Positions 39,705 to 53,200 of a stretch of DNA of 64,000 nt are shown here, piece after piece. The stretch's first letter is position 1, and every line of letters starts with the position of its first letter. Source of the stretch: Daphnia carinata (lineage: Eukaryota); the NCBI RefSeq assembly GCF_022539665.2, contig NC_081331.1, positions 11,098,001 through 11,162,000 of the forward strand, read 5' to 3'. The position numbers were made by a program, and so were the translations under genes. The notes beneath the pieces were generated by a model that searched no databases, was not told where the DNA came from, and worked only from the letters and a program-made list of their open reading frames with translations.

Positions 39705-39790
39705 GGCGCGAAAAGCTAAGACCAATCCGGCCATTCGCGAGTGTTACATATGCCTTAGCTATTGTACTGGTCTTTTGTTCATCAATTGGC
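39705..39790 (+). promoter_or_regulatory. E2F site and CCAAT boxes upstream of POLA1
   Basis: GGCGCGAAAA (TTTTCGCGCC on the minus strand) at 39705-39714, CCAAT at 39722-39726 and ATTGG at 39785-39789, about 200 nt before the ATG. Confidence 0.6.
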
Positions 39791-39906
39791 AATTTGACAT
39801 ATTTTACATTCCAATAATCTTCTGAGTTGTGCAATATCAAAACCCTTATAGAAGATTTTTGATCATAGTTTAACGGTTTTACTAGAAATACTTTATAAGT
39901 TTTGCG

Positions 39907-42900
39907 ATGGCTGATGCAAATGATCCTGATCACCAAGACAAGGATATTGGTGATTTAATTTTCTTTCATTACATTCCCATATTTTATTTCTTACCTTCCT
40001 TTGGTTTCTAGGCCGTGCACGAAGAACTAGGCAAGATCGGGAGGGGAGGTTCGCAGCTCTTCAAAAGCTTAAAGACTTGAAAGGCACCAAAAACAAAGTT
40101 ACAATTACTGAAGTGGATAACGTTTATGAAGAGGTTGATGAAAAAGAATACTCCAAAAGGGTTCAAAGGCGGCAGGAAGATGATTGGATTATTGATGATG
40201 GTAAAATATAATTCATAAATGACAGCCATCACTTTGGCTATGTCAAATTTTATTACATCAGATGGAAGTGGATACGTTGAAGATGGGCGAGAAGTTTTTG
40301 ACGATGATTTGGGTGATGACAGTGCTGTGCAATCCAAAGGTGTAGGAAGGGGTCACAAGAAAAAGGATTTGTCGAAAGGTGTTCCTGCAAGGAAAAATAA
40401 CATAAAAAATATGCTTATTGGTATGCCATCTAAAAACAAAGAGGTTTGTTTACAACCCCATGTTGAAAACTTTAATTGTATGCAATGCTAAAATTCTGCT
40501 TTCCTTTCTCCTTTCCCTCTTAGAAAGATACAAAATCAAAAGGTGATGATATTTTGGGAGATATTATGCAAGAACTTAATTCTACTCCTTCGAGTGCACC
40601 GCCGAAACTGACTGTTTCTACACTTAAACGGAAAGCCTTAACCCCTAGGTAGCAAAAAATACTATTATCCAATAAAAATACTAAATACCAGAAAATTTTA
40701 ACGCATTTTTTTTCGTGTTTTTATAAAATTGGTAGTTCAACGATAAATCGCACTCCAACTTCAATACCAAGGACAGGAAACAGTTTAGGAGCATCGAGAC
40801 TCCTAAAAGCCGAGGTATTGATTTACTTTTACTTTATTTTAGTATTTTCATTGCATGTTTAACATAATTACAGCCAAAACGTCTACCATTTGCTGGAGGG
40901 GCATCTAATAGAGATGACATAATTGATGACTGTGCGTTAATCGAGGAATCCAGTTCGCAGTGCCAGGATTATTCCTTAAAGATGGATAACGTATGTAATT
41001 CACCAAATGCTAATTGTTTGATACATTGTTAATATCTTTTCACAATCCAGCAAATGGAGATCGATGAATTTGATTCACAAGTGGAAATCAAAAATTATGA
41101 TTCGCAGTCAACCGACGCAACTGTACTAACAATTAATACTCCGTACGAGGAAAATATTGAACAACCTGAACTCAAACACATTTCGCCCATTAGGTTCATC
41201 AAATTCATTTATATGTGATCCTATCATCTAATTTTCATGATTTTTTATGTATAGCGATTTTGATCTGACATCTGGATGGGAAACCATAAAAAACAACGTG
41301 GAGGTCAATCAGACTGTTGCTTTTTTGGATTTGGGCAGCAACGAGCTTCCTCTGGTTGAAGGTGACGATGGAGAACAGGTTTGTATTTTCCTAGTTCGCT
41401 TTACAATCCGTTTGCTAACCAAACATCTGTGTTGGCCAGTATTTACGGATGTACTGGTTTGATGCATATGAAGATCCTTATGTTCAGCCCGGCACCGTAT
41501 ACCTTTTTGGGAAAACTTATATCGAGTCAGCAAAAGCGTACGTCAGTTGCTGTGTGTCAGTGAAGAACATCGAGAAACATATTTATGTGCTGCCACGCGA
41601 AACGGTAACTCTTTCATTTACCCAATAAATTTTAAATGATGCTATCTAAAATGGCATGAAAACTAAATGAACATATCAACTTGTACATTAAGGTTATCGA
41701 CCCGCGGACTGGTCAAGACACTGGAGCTCCGGTAAATTTTATGGATGTATACGAAGAATTCAATACGCGGGTGGCAGATCGATATAAAATTGCGCAGTTC
41801 AAATCACGACGAGTCCTGAAGAAGTATGGCTTCGAACCTGCATCCATTCCTCGTGAAAGCGAGTATCTTGAAGTTAAATATTCAGCAGAACACAATTTGC
41901 CTACCAATTTGAAAGGAGCAACATTCAGCCACGTATTCGGTACCAACACTTCTGCTTTGGAAAACTTTTTACTGGATAAACGAATTAAAGGACCCTGTTG
42001 GCTCAACGTCAAGAACCCACAAAAGGCAAATCCACCTATTAGCTGGTGCAAAGTGGAGGTATTTGGAACCCTTGAGTAATGCAGGAAAAAGACGCTAATA
42101 ACAGTTACATCTTAGGCTGCTGTTTCCCATATTGATCAAATCGAGCTTGATGACAAGAGAGATGCACCACCTCCTTTGGCTGTATTGTCGCTCAGTTTAC
42201 GTACCGTTGTCAATAGCCGTAGTCAGCAAGTGGAAATAGTTGCCATCAGCTGTCTCGTGCAGAACGAATTTCACATCGATCGTGCTGCTCCTCAGCCTGC
42301 ATTTCAACAACATTTTTGCAGTAATGATGATTTGCTTCAATCATTGAAATAGAGCCTTTAAGTTTATAATTTCAACAGTATTGAGTCGCCCAACTGAAGA
42401 ACCTTGGCCACTAGATCATCGGGACAGCTTGAATGGAGCGACAGTAACAAAAATTGAACGAACAGAGAGCGAAAGAGCTTTGCTAAATTGTTTTTTAGCT
42501 AAAATCAACAAAATCGACCCAGATGTTATCGTTGGGCACGACGTAGCTTCATATGACTTAGATATTCTTCTTCATCGTCTGGCCCAGAACAAGGCAGACC
42601 AATGGTCTCGTCTTGGCCGATTGCGTCGTACCAATATACCTCAGTCAAGGGTAACCGTTGCCATCAGATGTTGTGATCACCTTTAGTTGACCAAATTTGT
42701 TTCTAAAGGGCGTGAGCCGGAGTCATCTTGCCATGAGTGGGCGTCTTGTCTGTGATGTGAAAATTTCAGCCAAAGAACTGATCCGTGCAAGGAGCTACGA
42801 CTTGGAGTCGCTATGTCAACAGGTTGGCTTTCAAGGCTTTGTATGTTTCATGAATTTTAAATTAGTTGTTTTTATTAGGTTCTAAATTTAACTGGAATTC

Positions 42901-45839
42901 GACCGGATCTAAGCTCCGATGCTGTAAAGAAGATGTACTGTTCTTCAGCCAGTCTAATTGGGATGGTAGCCATTACGATGCAAGACGCTGCTAACACGCT
43001 AAGACTAATGTACGAGTTAAATGTCCTACCTTTAGCTCTGCAGATCACTTCGATTGCAGGTAAAACAGATTACACATTCAGATCAAAAAAGGTAATAAAA
43101 TTATATGTTTCCAGGAAATTTGTTGTCTCGAACTCTATTGGGTGGTCGTTCGGAACGCAATGAGTACCTTTTGCTTCATGCGTTCCACGAAAAGGGTTAT
43201 ATTGTGCCAGATCGACAAGCTTTCAAGAAATCGGCAAAAGCAGCAGATTCCGATGCTGAAGACGCTGCAACTGAAAACACAAGTCGTAGCAAAAAAGGCC
43301 GTCGGAAACCCGCTTATGCAGGCGGCTTAGTTTTGGATCCCAAGAGGGGTTTCTACGACAAGTATGTTCTGCTAATGGACTTCAATTCTCTGTATCCCAG
43401 CATCATCCAAGAATTCAATATATGCTTTACGACCGTTGATCGGCAAATAACTAAAGCAAGCCAAGGTGAAGAAGAAGTTCTTCCTGACTTACCCGATTCA
43501 TCGTTACCCCCCGGCATTTTGCCCACTGAAATTCGGAAGCTGGTGGACAGCCGTCGAGAGGTGAAAAAGCTCATCAACGATAAATTGTCGAAGGATCTAT
43601 TGTTACAATACGACATTAGACAGAAGGCATTAAAATTAACAGCAAACAGCATGTACGGTTGTCTGGGATTTTCTAATTCACGCTTCTACGCAAAGCCTTT
43701 GGCTGCACTAATCACATGTAAATCCTATTACAGAAAGTTACATTATTTTATTTTATTAACCTCCGTGTATGATCTTTTTCTTTATCTTTATAGCCAAAGG
43801 AAGAGAAATTCTTTTGCAGACAAGGGACCTCGTCCGCAAAATGAATTTGGACGTCATTTACGGAGACACCGATTCATTGATGATAGATTCCAATTCTCTT
43901 GATTATGACCAAGTCATGAAAATTGGTCTTAAGGTAAAGAAGTAACCAATATTACCCATTTAAACCATTTATCAATTCACGTTTTACTTAGATTAAGCAA
44001 GAAGTCAATAAATTTTACAAACACCTTGAACTCGACATTGATGGAGTGTTCCAGCGCCTACTTTTACTGAAGAAAAAAAAATATGCCGCGGTTACAGTTA
44101 CGCAAGTGGTGCGTGATAACAAAAAAGAAATGATCACTCAACAAGAGATCAAAGGCCTCGATATTGTGCGACGAGACTGGTCGCAACTTGCTATTCAGGC
44201 TGGAAAGTAAATATTTGATATTATTCGTATTTTATTTGGATTCAGTTTACTTTAATTTGGTTTCGTTTGCTAAAGATACGCGCTAGAACAAATTTTGGGC
44301 GATTTGTCGGCAGACGAACGTATCGCACGAATTCAACAGCACTTGGAAGGCATTCGCGACGGTTTCCAAAATGGAACTATTGATTTCTCTTTACTGGAAA
44401 TTGCCAAACAGCTAACAAAAAATCCAGAAAACTATCCAGATGCCAAAAACCTCTCTCATGTTCAAGTTGCACTACGGACGAATTCTCGTGGTGGCAAGAA
44501 ACTCGTTCAAGGCGACACGGTTTCATTCATCGTCTGTCAGGTAATTGATTATGGCAAAAACATTAGAATGCCATAATTAGTTCGCTTTTATAGGACGGCA
44601 GTAATATGGCAGCAACACAGAGAGCATATTCACTTGAAGAAATGAAGTTGCCGACAAACGCACATCTCAAGCCAGACATTCAGTACTATCTGGCCCAACA
44701 AGTGCATCCAGTTGTTTCGCGTTTGTGTGATCTTCTAGAAGGAATCGACGCTGTTAGAATTGCTGAATTTCTCGGTGAATTTTGGTCTTTCCTTTTTAAA
44801 AAAAAATAAGGTGAAATAAAAGATGCTGTACGTTTAGGGATCGATTCTTCTGGTTATCGGTCTGCTCAAAAGACCAGTAACGAACCTGACACCGGGAGTC
44901 CCCCTGTAACTGATGAAGAACGGTTCCAGTCATGTGAAAAGTAACCCGTTTCGTTTCAATGTTAGCAAGAGTTCTTCTAACTTGTTTTGATTACCAGGTT
45001 TTATTTCCAATGTTCGGAAAAGACGTGTGGCTTTGAAATGTCGATGGATAATGTTTTTCGAAAAACGGTAAACCCTTTAGAATTGATTTTTGGTTATGTG
45101 TTTGCATTGTTTAACGAACCTTACTTCTTAGGACGACGGTAACATCGAGTTTGCGTTATCCCGTTGTGGGAATCCGAATTGCAAAAAGCTGCCTTTTAGT
45201 GCAGAAAAGCAATTAGTGAATCGTTTGACTCTGACCATTAGGAAACATATTCAACTGTATTATGCGGTATTTGCCCATAGAAGTTCTATGAATGCGTTTC
45301 ATATTTTCAGCTTTTGATTTAAACAACAATTCAACAGGGATGGATGATATGCGAAGATCAAAGCTGCGCCACAAGAACAAGACGCTTAGCGTTAAAGTCT
45401 GTCGGGGCACATCCCGTTTGTATAGGATGCGGAGCTAGTAATATGGTAGTTGAGGTACCTTTTGCTTTTACTAAGTACCCCGGCTGCTTTCGGATTTCAA
45501 AATTTTAACATTCTTATGATCTAGTACAACGACTTTGATCTGTACACCCAGCTGTGCTACTACCAACATATGTTTGATGTCTCCAAAGCCATTAATCAAC
45601 TAAAGCCTAACGAAAGAGGTAGATTCGCGTGCTGTATGGTATTTTTCTGTCTTACAAACTGTTTTCGTTTACCAGATCAAGTAAAATTGGCGCACAACAA
45701 TTCCATGGATAAGACGTACAAGGCTCTCTTGAATAACATCAACCAGACCCTTTTGGAGAGCGCGTATTCGCAGGTTAATTTAGCCGGTCTTTTTTACAGC
45801 TTTAATCGGCCGAAAAACGAAGTAACTTCAACATGTTAA
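39907..45839 (+). CDS. POLA1: DNA polymerase alpha catalytic subunit; multi-exon
   Basis: [19 protein letters not shown]-terminus; family-B motifs [52 protein letters not shown] and [11 protein letters not shown]-terminal CysA/CysB zinc clusters. Confidence 0.96.
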
Positions 45840-46038
45840 CCTTTCATGAAATTTTACTTGTATCCCCTTTTTCAGTTAGATTTAAAGTATCGATGTTTTG
45901 ATGTAAGGTAAATCTTTTTACAGCGGCGATCGTCAGCTATTCTTACTATTTACTACTACTCGTTTAAAGATGATTTCATGTACTGTATTTTCTCTTCACT
46001 TACAAATGTGAATATTTTGATGAATAAAATAATTGTTA

Positions 46039-46796
46039 TTAAAGAAGAATTTGTCCACCACCAGAATATTCAATTCTTTGTTGAGGATCAATGAAAGCCA
46101 GCCAATCTGATGAGTGAGTGGGAAGAAGTCCCATTGATTGACACTTATAAAGGGCAAGGCCTAATGCAACCAACTGCCCTAAGATGTAGACTAAGATTTG
46201 GCCAATTGCCTGGGTACCCTCAAGCATCTTGAAAGCTGCAAAAAAAAAAGCAGTTTGTATGATTTTTTTCTGTTTAAGGATAATGAAAATTAACCTACTT
46301 TGGTTCATGCTGAATAGTGCACGAAAGGGCCTTACGAACATCATTCCGACCATCATAATGGGGAATATGGAAATGGAACTCCCCACCATGTACATCATGA
46401 AAAGATTCATTGGTACCTGTTTAAAAAAAAGATGCCTGTATGTGTAAGTTTACTTCTTATTTGCACATGTTACTGCTTCAAAAATATTTTAATAGTGAAA
46501 TTTTGTGAAGAAATAAGTCTTAAAATAAGTAGCTAACCTGTTTAAGGGGTTGTAAAGCAACATCCCAAGATCTTTTTATAAGTAGACTGGAATCGTTTTC
46601 CTTCGCCGACTCAGCCACCGTGGTTGCTATTGAAGGTAGATATCCAGGAGGGGATGCGAGATCACATGTGGATTTATTACTACGAAAATGATACATACAT
46701 TTTTCTGCCTTTTCTTGTAAAAACTTTTTATTACCGATTGGATAAATCAATGGACCATTTAAATTTCTTTGAAACGTTTCGATTTGACATCGCCAT
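46039..46796 (-). CDS. EMC4: ER membrane protein complex subunit 4
   Basis: [19 protein letters not shown]..., [59 protein letters not shown]. Confidence 0.93.
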
Positions 46797-47291
46797 TGTT
46801 TGTTAAACAAGCTTGGGCAGTTTTTGGTTTTCTGGCATCTAAATTGGTTTTTCCTTTGACTGTCTGCTGCAAAAAGAACAATAAGTCCTTAGGTCATCGA
46901 TAGATGGAGTTAATTCTCGTATTTCTGTTTGGGTGCCGCAGCACTCCATATAAAAATTCATAATTTTATTCCTTTTTTAACAAAGTAGAATTGTTTACGT
47001 TACGGTTGAATGTAAGCAGGTACTATTATGTGACCTTGTGAAAAAAAACTTTTTTAGCAATTGTTTTATGAGAAAACAGATACATGAGAACACATTGGCA
47101 GTATACAACTTGCTCTCTGAGCATGGTTTTTTTATAGCTGATGTGAATAAGGTGTGCCATCAGCGACCTTTTCGCCCAATAGCCCTTCCCAGAAATGAAA
47201 ACTGTCCAGTTTTAATATCAAGTTCTATTTCAGGTAACTAGACTTCCTTGGTTATCATTTGGATGCAAGAGGAAAATTTAGCAATGCAAGA

Positions 47292-50200
47292 ATGGCTGAA
47301 CGAAAATTTAGTCGTGGCCTCAGAAAACCAGGCATGGCAGCTCAGCTTAGAGAGTCAGTTTCTCAGGTTGTCAGAGAGACAGCCGTACAGGTAACCCAGC
47401 AAATTTTTTTAATGTGTCCATAATTAATATATCTCTCTTCAGAGCAAGCCCCAAAGGGCTGAACCTATAGACTATGAAGCCGTCCTGGCCAAAAATCGGA
47501 TAATATTTAACAATGATCCCCACAGAGAGCTTCTTTTATATCCACCAGAGGATGTCTCGGTAAGTGTTTCAGTTAATCAATTAGATAATAGAGACAACTA
47601 AGCCCTTAATGTTTTGTGTAGCAAAGTAAAATGGCAAGAGAATGCCGCACAACTAAGTCGACAGTACCAGAAGAAATTCTTCTAAATGAAGGCAGCTATT
47701 TCACACAGAAATGTGCCCAGTTCTACATATGTGATTGGTCCATTGTTTCGTACAAGTACTGGGCCTACAGTGGTAGCTGCCTTGATTTGCCAAGGTATTT
47801 GAGGCCATCATCAATTTTGACTTCCGCTGATACATTATTTTTTGTTCTTTAGGGTTGAAAAGCTCAGCCTACTTAGTGATCCCAAGCATGAAATAGATAT
47901 CGAAGGAGATGCAGATGACGAGATCTTTTCCCCTGATTCTATACCCACTGTAGAGGGATATCTGCTTAAGGGACCTGAAGGAGCGTCGGAGAAAATGTTT
48001 GCCAACATTGCGACGAAATCATTTAAACGCCGCTTTTGTATACTTCGCCAAGATATTGCTGGGTCATATTTTTTTGACATTTGCAAGGAAGATAAAAAAC
48101 GAGATGCTGCGCTCTCCATATGCCTTGATGAATGTGAAGATATTGTGGCGTAAGTTATAACTCAGGCCAGTGTGATGTCCACTGGGTGGTTGCGTATTGT
48201 TTTATAAAAGTAAGTTTTGGGCTTTTTGATAGGAATAAAAGGAAAAACAAGTTTGGATTCCAACTACGTCTGAACAATCAACGATCTTACGTGTTTGCCG
48301 CCAATTCCGAAGTTGAATTAAATAATTGGCTGGAAAAACTTTCAATGGCGGTTCAAACCAGCAAGCAATTTGGGGAGGACAGAAGAAGTTTGCCGGATCC
48401 CGGTAAGATGTCATTAAAACTAATTTTACTTCGGTTAATACTAATTTAACTCTACGGCAAAACGGCTAGATCTTGCTTTGCAACCGTCTAAAGACCCACC
48501 TTCTTATGGCACTTTACGATCATTGGAGGCCTCCTTGAACCCACAGTTAACAAAGTACGCACGTGAAACTGAAATGTCTATCAGCTTAGCAAGAAGAGAA
48601 CATCGCAACCTTCTTTTTAATCTAAGTCCAATTCAACCGGTGAGCATTTATCTTGACAATAACTTTCCTTGTTCTAATTTTAATGTTTTTGATATAATTG
48701 GATTACTTTCAGTACCTTAGATCTAATGATAGTTTAATGCAAGCTGGTTCCAAAGTAAAACCTTTTGAAGACAATTTTGGCAATCGTTTCTTTGCACGAC
48801 TTGAGTCCATTAACTTCCGTTTGCAAGCTCCAATCGATGGCGACAAAGGACCGCTTGGCCAAGTAAGCTGTTTTTGATTTGCATAATTTTTCGTATATAT
48901 ATTTTTTGTTTAAATTTATTTATGTTTGATTTCATTTTATTTTATTTATTGTTTTACTTTATTTATAATTTTTATTTACTTATTTATTTATTTATTTTAC
49001 CATTATGTTTTCGTGTAATATATTTATGTATTGTGGAATATTTCTGGGTGGCTGTAGGTTGAACCGTATTTTATAACTTTGGCACTATACGACTTGAAGC
49101 TGAATAAGAAAATTTCAGAAGATTTTCATTCTGACATCAACCACCCGCTTATAAAAGCATCAATACAGTCAATGCAATCTAATTCCGACGAACCAGATAC
49201 AGTTTTTGACATTCCAAGCGATTGGCTTGCTTTTCCAAAGCAAGTACGTATGTAGTTCTCTTAAATTTTTTTATTAATTGCAACGATGTTTCTTTACCGA
49301 TTTCTTATGTGTAGGCTATTTTTAGTGTAAGACATTGTCACAACGAAGTGTTCCTAGTTGTCAGGATAGAGACAATCCTACAAGGATCAGTCGTCTCCTC
49401 TGCCGAACCTTATGTAAGACCAAATCCAGATCTGAAAACCGGATTAAAAGTACAAAAGTCGGCTCGTTCCTACTGCAGTAGGTAAGGACACGACTCGCGC
49501 CACGTTTCTCTTTTCTCTGTTTGGTATATTATTTTACATTCAGTTTTCTTCTCCAGGTTAGGCAGATATAGGATGCCATTTGCTTGGGCTGCTCGGCCCT
49601 TATTCCGTTCATCGGGAGAACTTGATACGATAGGCGATATACCAACAATATATCGTCAAGAACCCCACCGTAATTCTGATGAAGACTTACTGAAAACATT
49701 GAATGATTTTAGGAGGTAAATAAATTATTAAAATCACCCTGCGAAATGCTTCTTAATTTGGTTTTATGTACGTTTAGACCTGAAAAATTGAGCCGTCTGA
49801 CAGTAATTCCGGGGAAAATCCGAATCACAGTTGATCATCTTAAAGAAAATATACCAAGTAAGAATAACCTTACTCTCCTACGGATGTTCCATAGAATTAC
49901 CTTCAACCCAATGCAGATATGTTAAATACATCGCTGGTGCCCATCAAGCCATTTCCACTGCCTCCTGTTCAGGAGCCTACAATCGAAATAGCAGAATTTC
50001 CATCTCTTCGTGTGGAAGACGCTTACCCTTATATGAACTACGTAAATCACTTGTACGTTTACCCTCGGAATCTCAAGTATGATACACAAAAAACCTTTCA
50101 TCGTGCTCGTAATATTGCCTGCGTGGTTGAATTACGAGATTCCGATGCTAAAGATGCACAACCATTAAAGGTAGTTTAAAGCATTCTATTAAAAATTCCT

Positions 50201-53200
50201 GTTTGATTTAGTGCCTAATAATTATTGATGGAAACGATGCAAATTTTAGAACATATATGGTCAAGTGGGACAGTTGCAGATGGTCTCTCAATGGGTTTGT
50301 TCGGTCTCTCACCACATCACTTCGCCTTGCTGGATGGATGAAATCAAAATTAACCTGCCAACTCCGCTGAATAACAAACATCATCTGCTTTTTACATTTC
50401 TTCACGTTTCCTGCGATTTGAGCAAGCAAAGGAAAGATCGTGAAAATAAAGAACTTCTAGGTCCAGAGGTAGTGGTGGGCTATAGTTGGTTACCACTCAT
50501 GCATAAAGGACGATTGCGAGTAGAACAACAATGCCTTTCTGTGGCAGCTCACCTCCCACCTGGTTATTTGTCGTTCGAGCCCCTGGGACTAGGCAGAGGA
50601 GTAAGAAACATTTAACACACACTTTAATTTTTTTATTATATGATAATTTCTTATTGTATCGTTCACATATAGTATGCGGGACCCGATATTAGATGGGTTG
50701 ACGGCCAAAAACCGATCTTTCAGGTTCATCTAGAACTCGTGTCGACTGTCACTGCCCGTGATCAACACCTGCACAATTTCTTTCTTCACATGGCGAAATT
50801 GAATGACACACGTTCAATTGCATCCCTTTTTCCTACAGCTGCAGAGCTAGATGCCCATAAGCCGCTTGAGGTAATGTTACGCAGAAGCAACATTTCTGAA
50901 CGAATTTAGGAGTTGGCATCCTAAGTAATCTTAGAAACGCCTGCGAACACCTGAAGGTTTGCAGGACGGCCCTTTGAGCCAATTATCGATACCAAAAAAA
51001 TGTGATTTGGTTGGCCAAAAAAAGGCTGTGCTATGAATGCCGATTCCCTTTTCGACTTTTTTTTACCAACCTGCACCTTGTTAAATTAACCAGAAACCTT
51101 ACCATGATTTCGGGTTGGTTTGTGTTTGACCTTTCCTGTGACTTGCGGGCAGAATGCCATTTTTATCAGTCAGTTAAAATTTAATTAAATTACGTAATTA
51201 CAAGTTGAAATGGTAAGTGCAAAAATGTTTTCAAATTTTAAGACGATGTCTGATTAATTAATTAGGAGGCGCCCAAAAGTCCGGCAGTTCAGGATGGATC
51301 CCGCGAGTTGTCAAAACTGGTGAAGGTATGCACACATTTTTAAACCCAACTACTCTCAATAGTTTGCAAGAAATTGCATGTTTTAACTACCAACAATTTT
51401 GCTACTAGCGATGTGCCTGAATTTTAGATTAATTATTGGTTTTATTTCACAAAAAAGATTGCTTGTGTTATGATAGTCTTTGCAATTTAACCTAGACTTA
51501 TATTTGCGTCCCCTCCGTCACATATTTTACAACCATACTTCGATTTTAAACTACATTTTGTTACGCAGGCTTCGGACTTCGTGTCCAAGATCGTCAAGGT
51601 GGGAGAATTAATCTATAGTAATCCTTAATGCATGCACTACTCGCGTTCTAATGTAGCTTGTACATAGAAACAATTGGTTATGGCTTTTTTTCTGTTTTTT
51701 TTTTAATCAACAATATGTGTTGAATTTTAGTATTGCATGCCATAAAATTATTGGATCTGTTTTCAGAAATTTAAAGGGAAGTAGTTAGAAAATTGCATTT
51801 TTCTCATTTTCTGTGTTATGTTGTCAGGCCCTACATGCTGTTGATGTAACAGAAGTAGTCCATCACCTCCCTGTGGTTTTAAACCAATTGATGTGGCTGA
51901 TGGTCCGTATCAACAGCGAAGAGTTGTCGGTTAACGTTATAAAAGTACTCATCCATATCGTAAATCAACTTCACGAAGTCAACAAAGCGAGTATTTTGGA
52001 TTCCTACTTAGAGTACGTATTTGTAACTCCGACTCAAAGCGATTCAGCAAACAAGGCCACGGTACATGAAGAAATGGTAAATTTGCTAGTCTGTTTCCCT
52101 AATCCAAATGAAGCCCATTTTATTGTCGTTTTTTTTATTCTTTGTTTCTAGGTTAAAACGTTATGCGTCCTTTTGCGACCTTCTAACACTGATTTCTTAG
52201 TCATGCACAAATTCCTTCGTCATGCAAATTTCTTTCTGAAACTTATTACCCGCAGCATGGCGCAGCATATTCTAGATAGTGGAAGGATAAAAGTAAGTTC
52301 CAATTGCTAACTTAATTCTCCAGTGAAACAACTGTCAAATGTATTAACTTTTTCGCGTGGTAACCACGATTAGATGCAGAGACAAGAGCGATTCCATATG
52401 GATTACATGCGCAATGTGGAGAGTCTCATCGAAACCATTTCACCGCACATTCAAGTTAAATATAAAGATTTGCCGGACGAAACGCGTCATGCCAACTTAG
52501 CGATAGCTGAGTTCATTAAGGTAGACTAACATATAAACTTTTTCGTTTATATAAATATTTAATTGTTCGTTTCCTTGTCGATAGAAATGCATGTCTTTGA
52601 TGGATCGAGGTTTCGCCTTCCGACTAGTCAGCATATATCTTAACACCTTCCGGCCAGATGACCCACGAGCTTTATATGAGCTCAAGTTTCAATTTTTGCA
52701 ATCGGTGTGCTTCCATGAACACTACATCCCATTGAATTTTCCCCGTGCATCCAATTGGGCAGCAATGCAAAAGAATATGAAGGAATTGGACGTTGAGTTC
52801 CGACTTTGTGACTCCTTCTGTCGAAGCCATTACTTAGCTGGACTGATTTTGCAAGAGGTCAGCTCTGCTCTGAACGAAGTGGCAGACATTCGCAGAATCG
52901 CGTTAAAATGTCTGAAGGATTTATTAGCGAAACACGAGCTGGATGATCGCTACCAGAATAAAGTAATTTCCATTTTACTTTTTTCTTAAGTGTAATGTTT
53001 TGCTTCATGTAAAATGTTGGGTTTCAATCATAGGGTCGTCAGAGTCGAATAGCATCGCTTTATCTACCTTGGATTTTCATAGTACTCGACAACTGGAACA
53101 GGTTAAAAGTTTTGTCTTTGGAATCCACTGCTTTACCCAGTTCGGCGGCCTCAACAATCGGATTTTCTAGTGTAGCGAGTCCTTCCGTGAAAACAGGAAA

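Noticed and set aside
48875..49035. Hydrophobic 62-aa ORF in DOCK9
   Set aside because: AT-rich low-complexity intron sequence (TTTA-type repeats).
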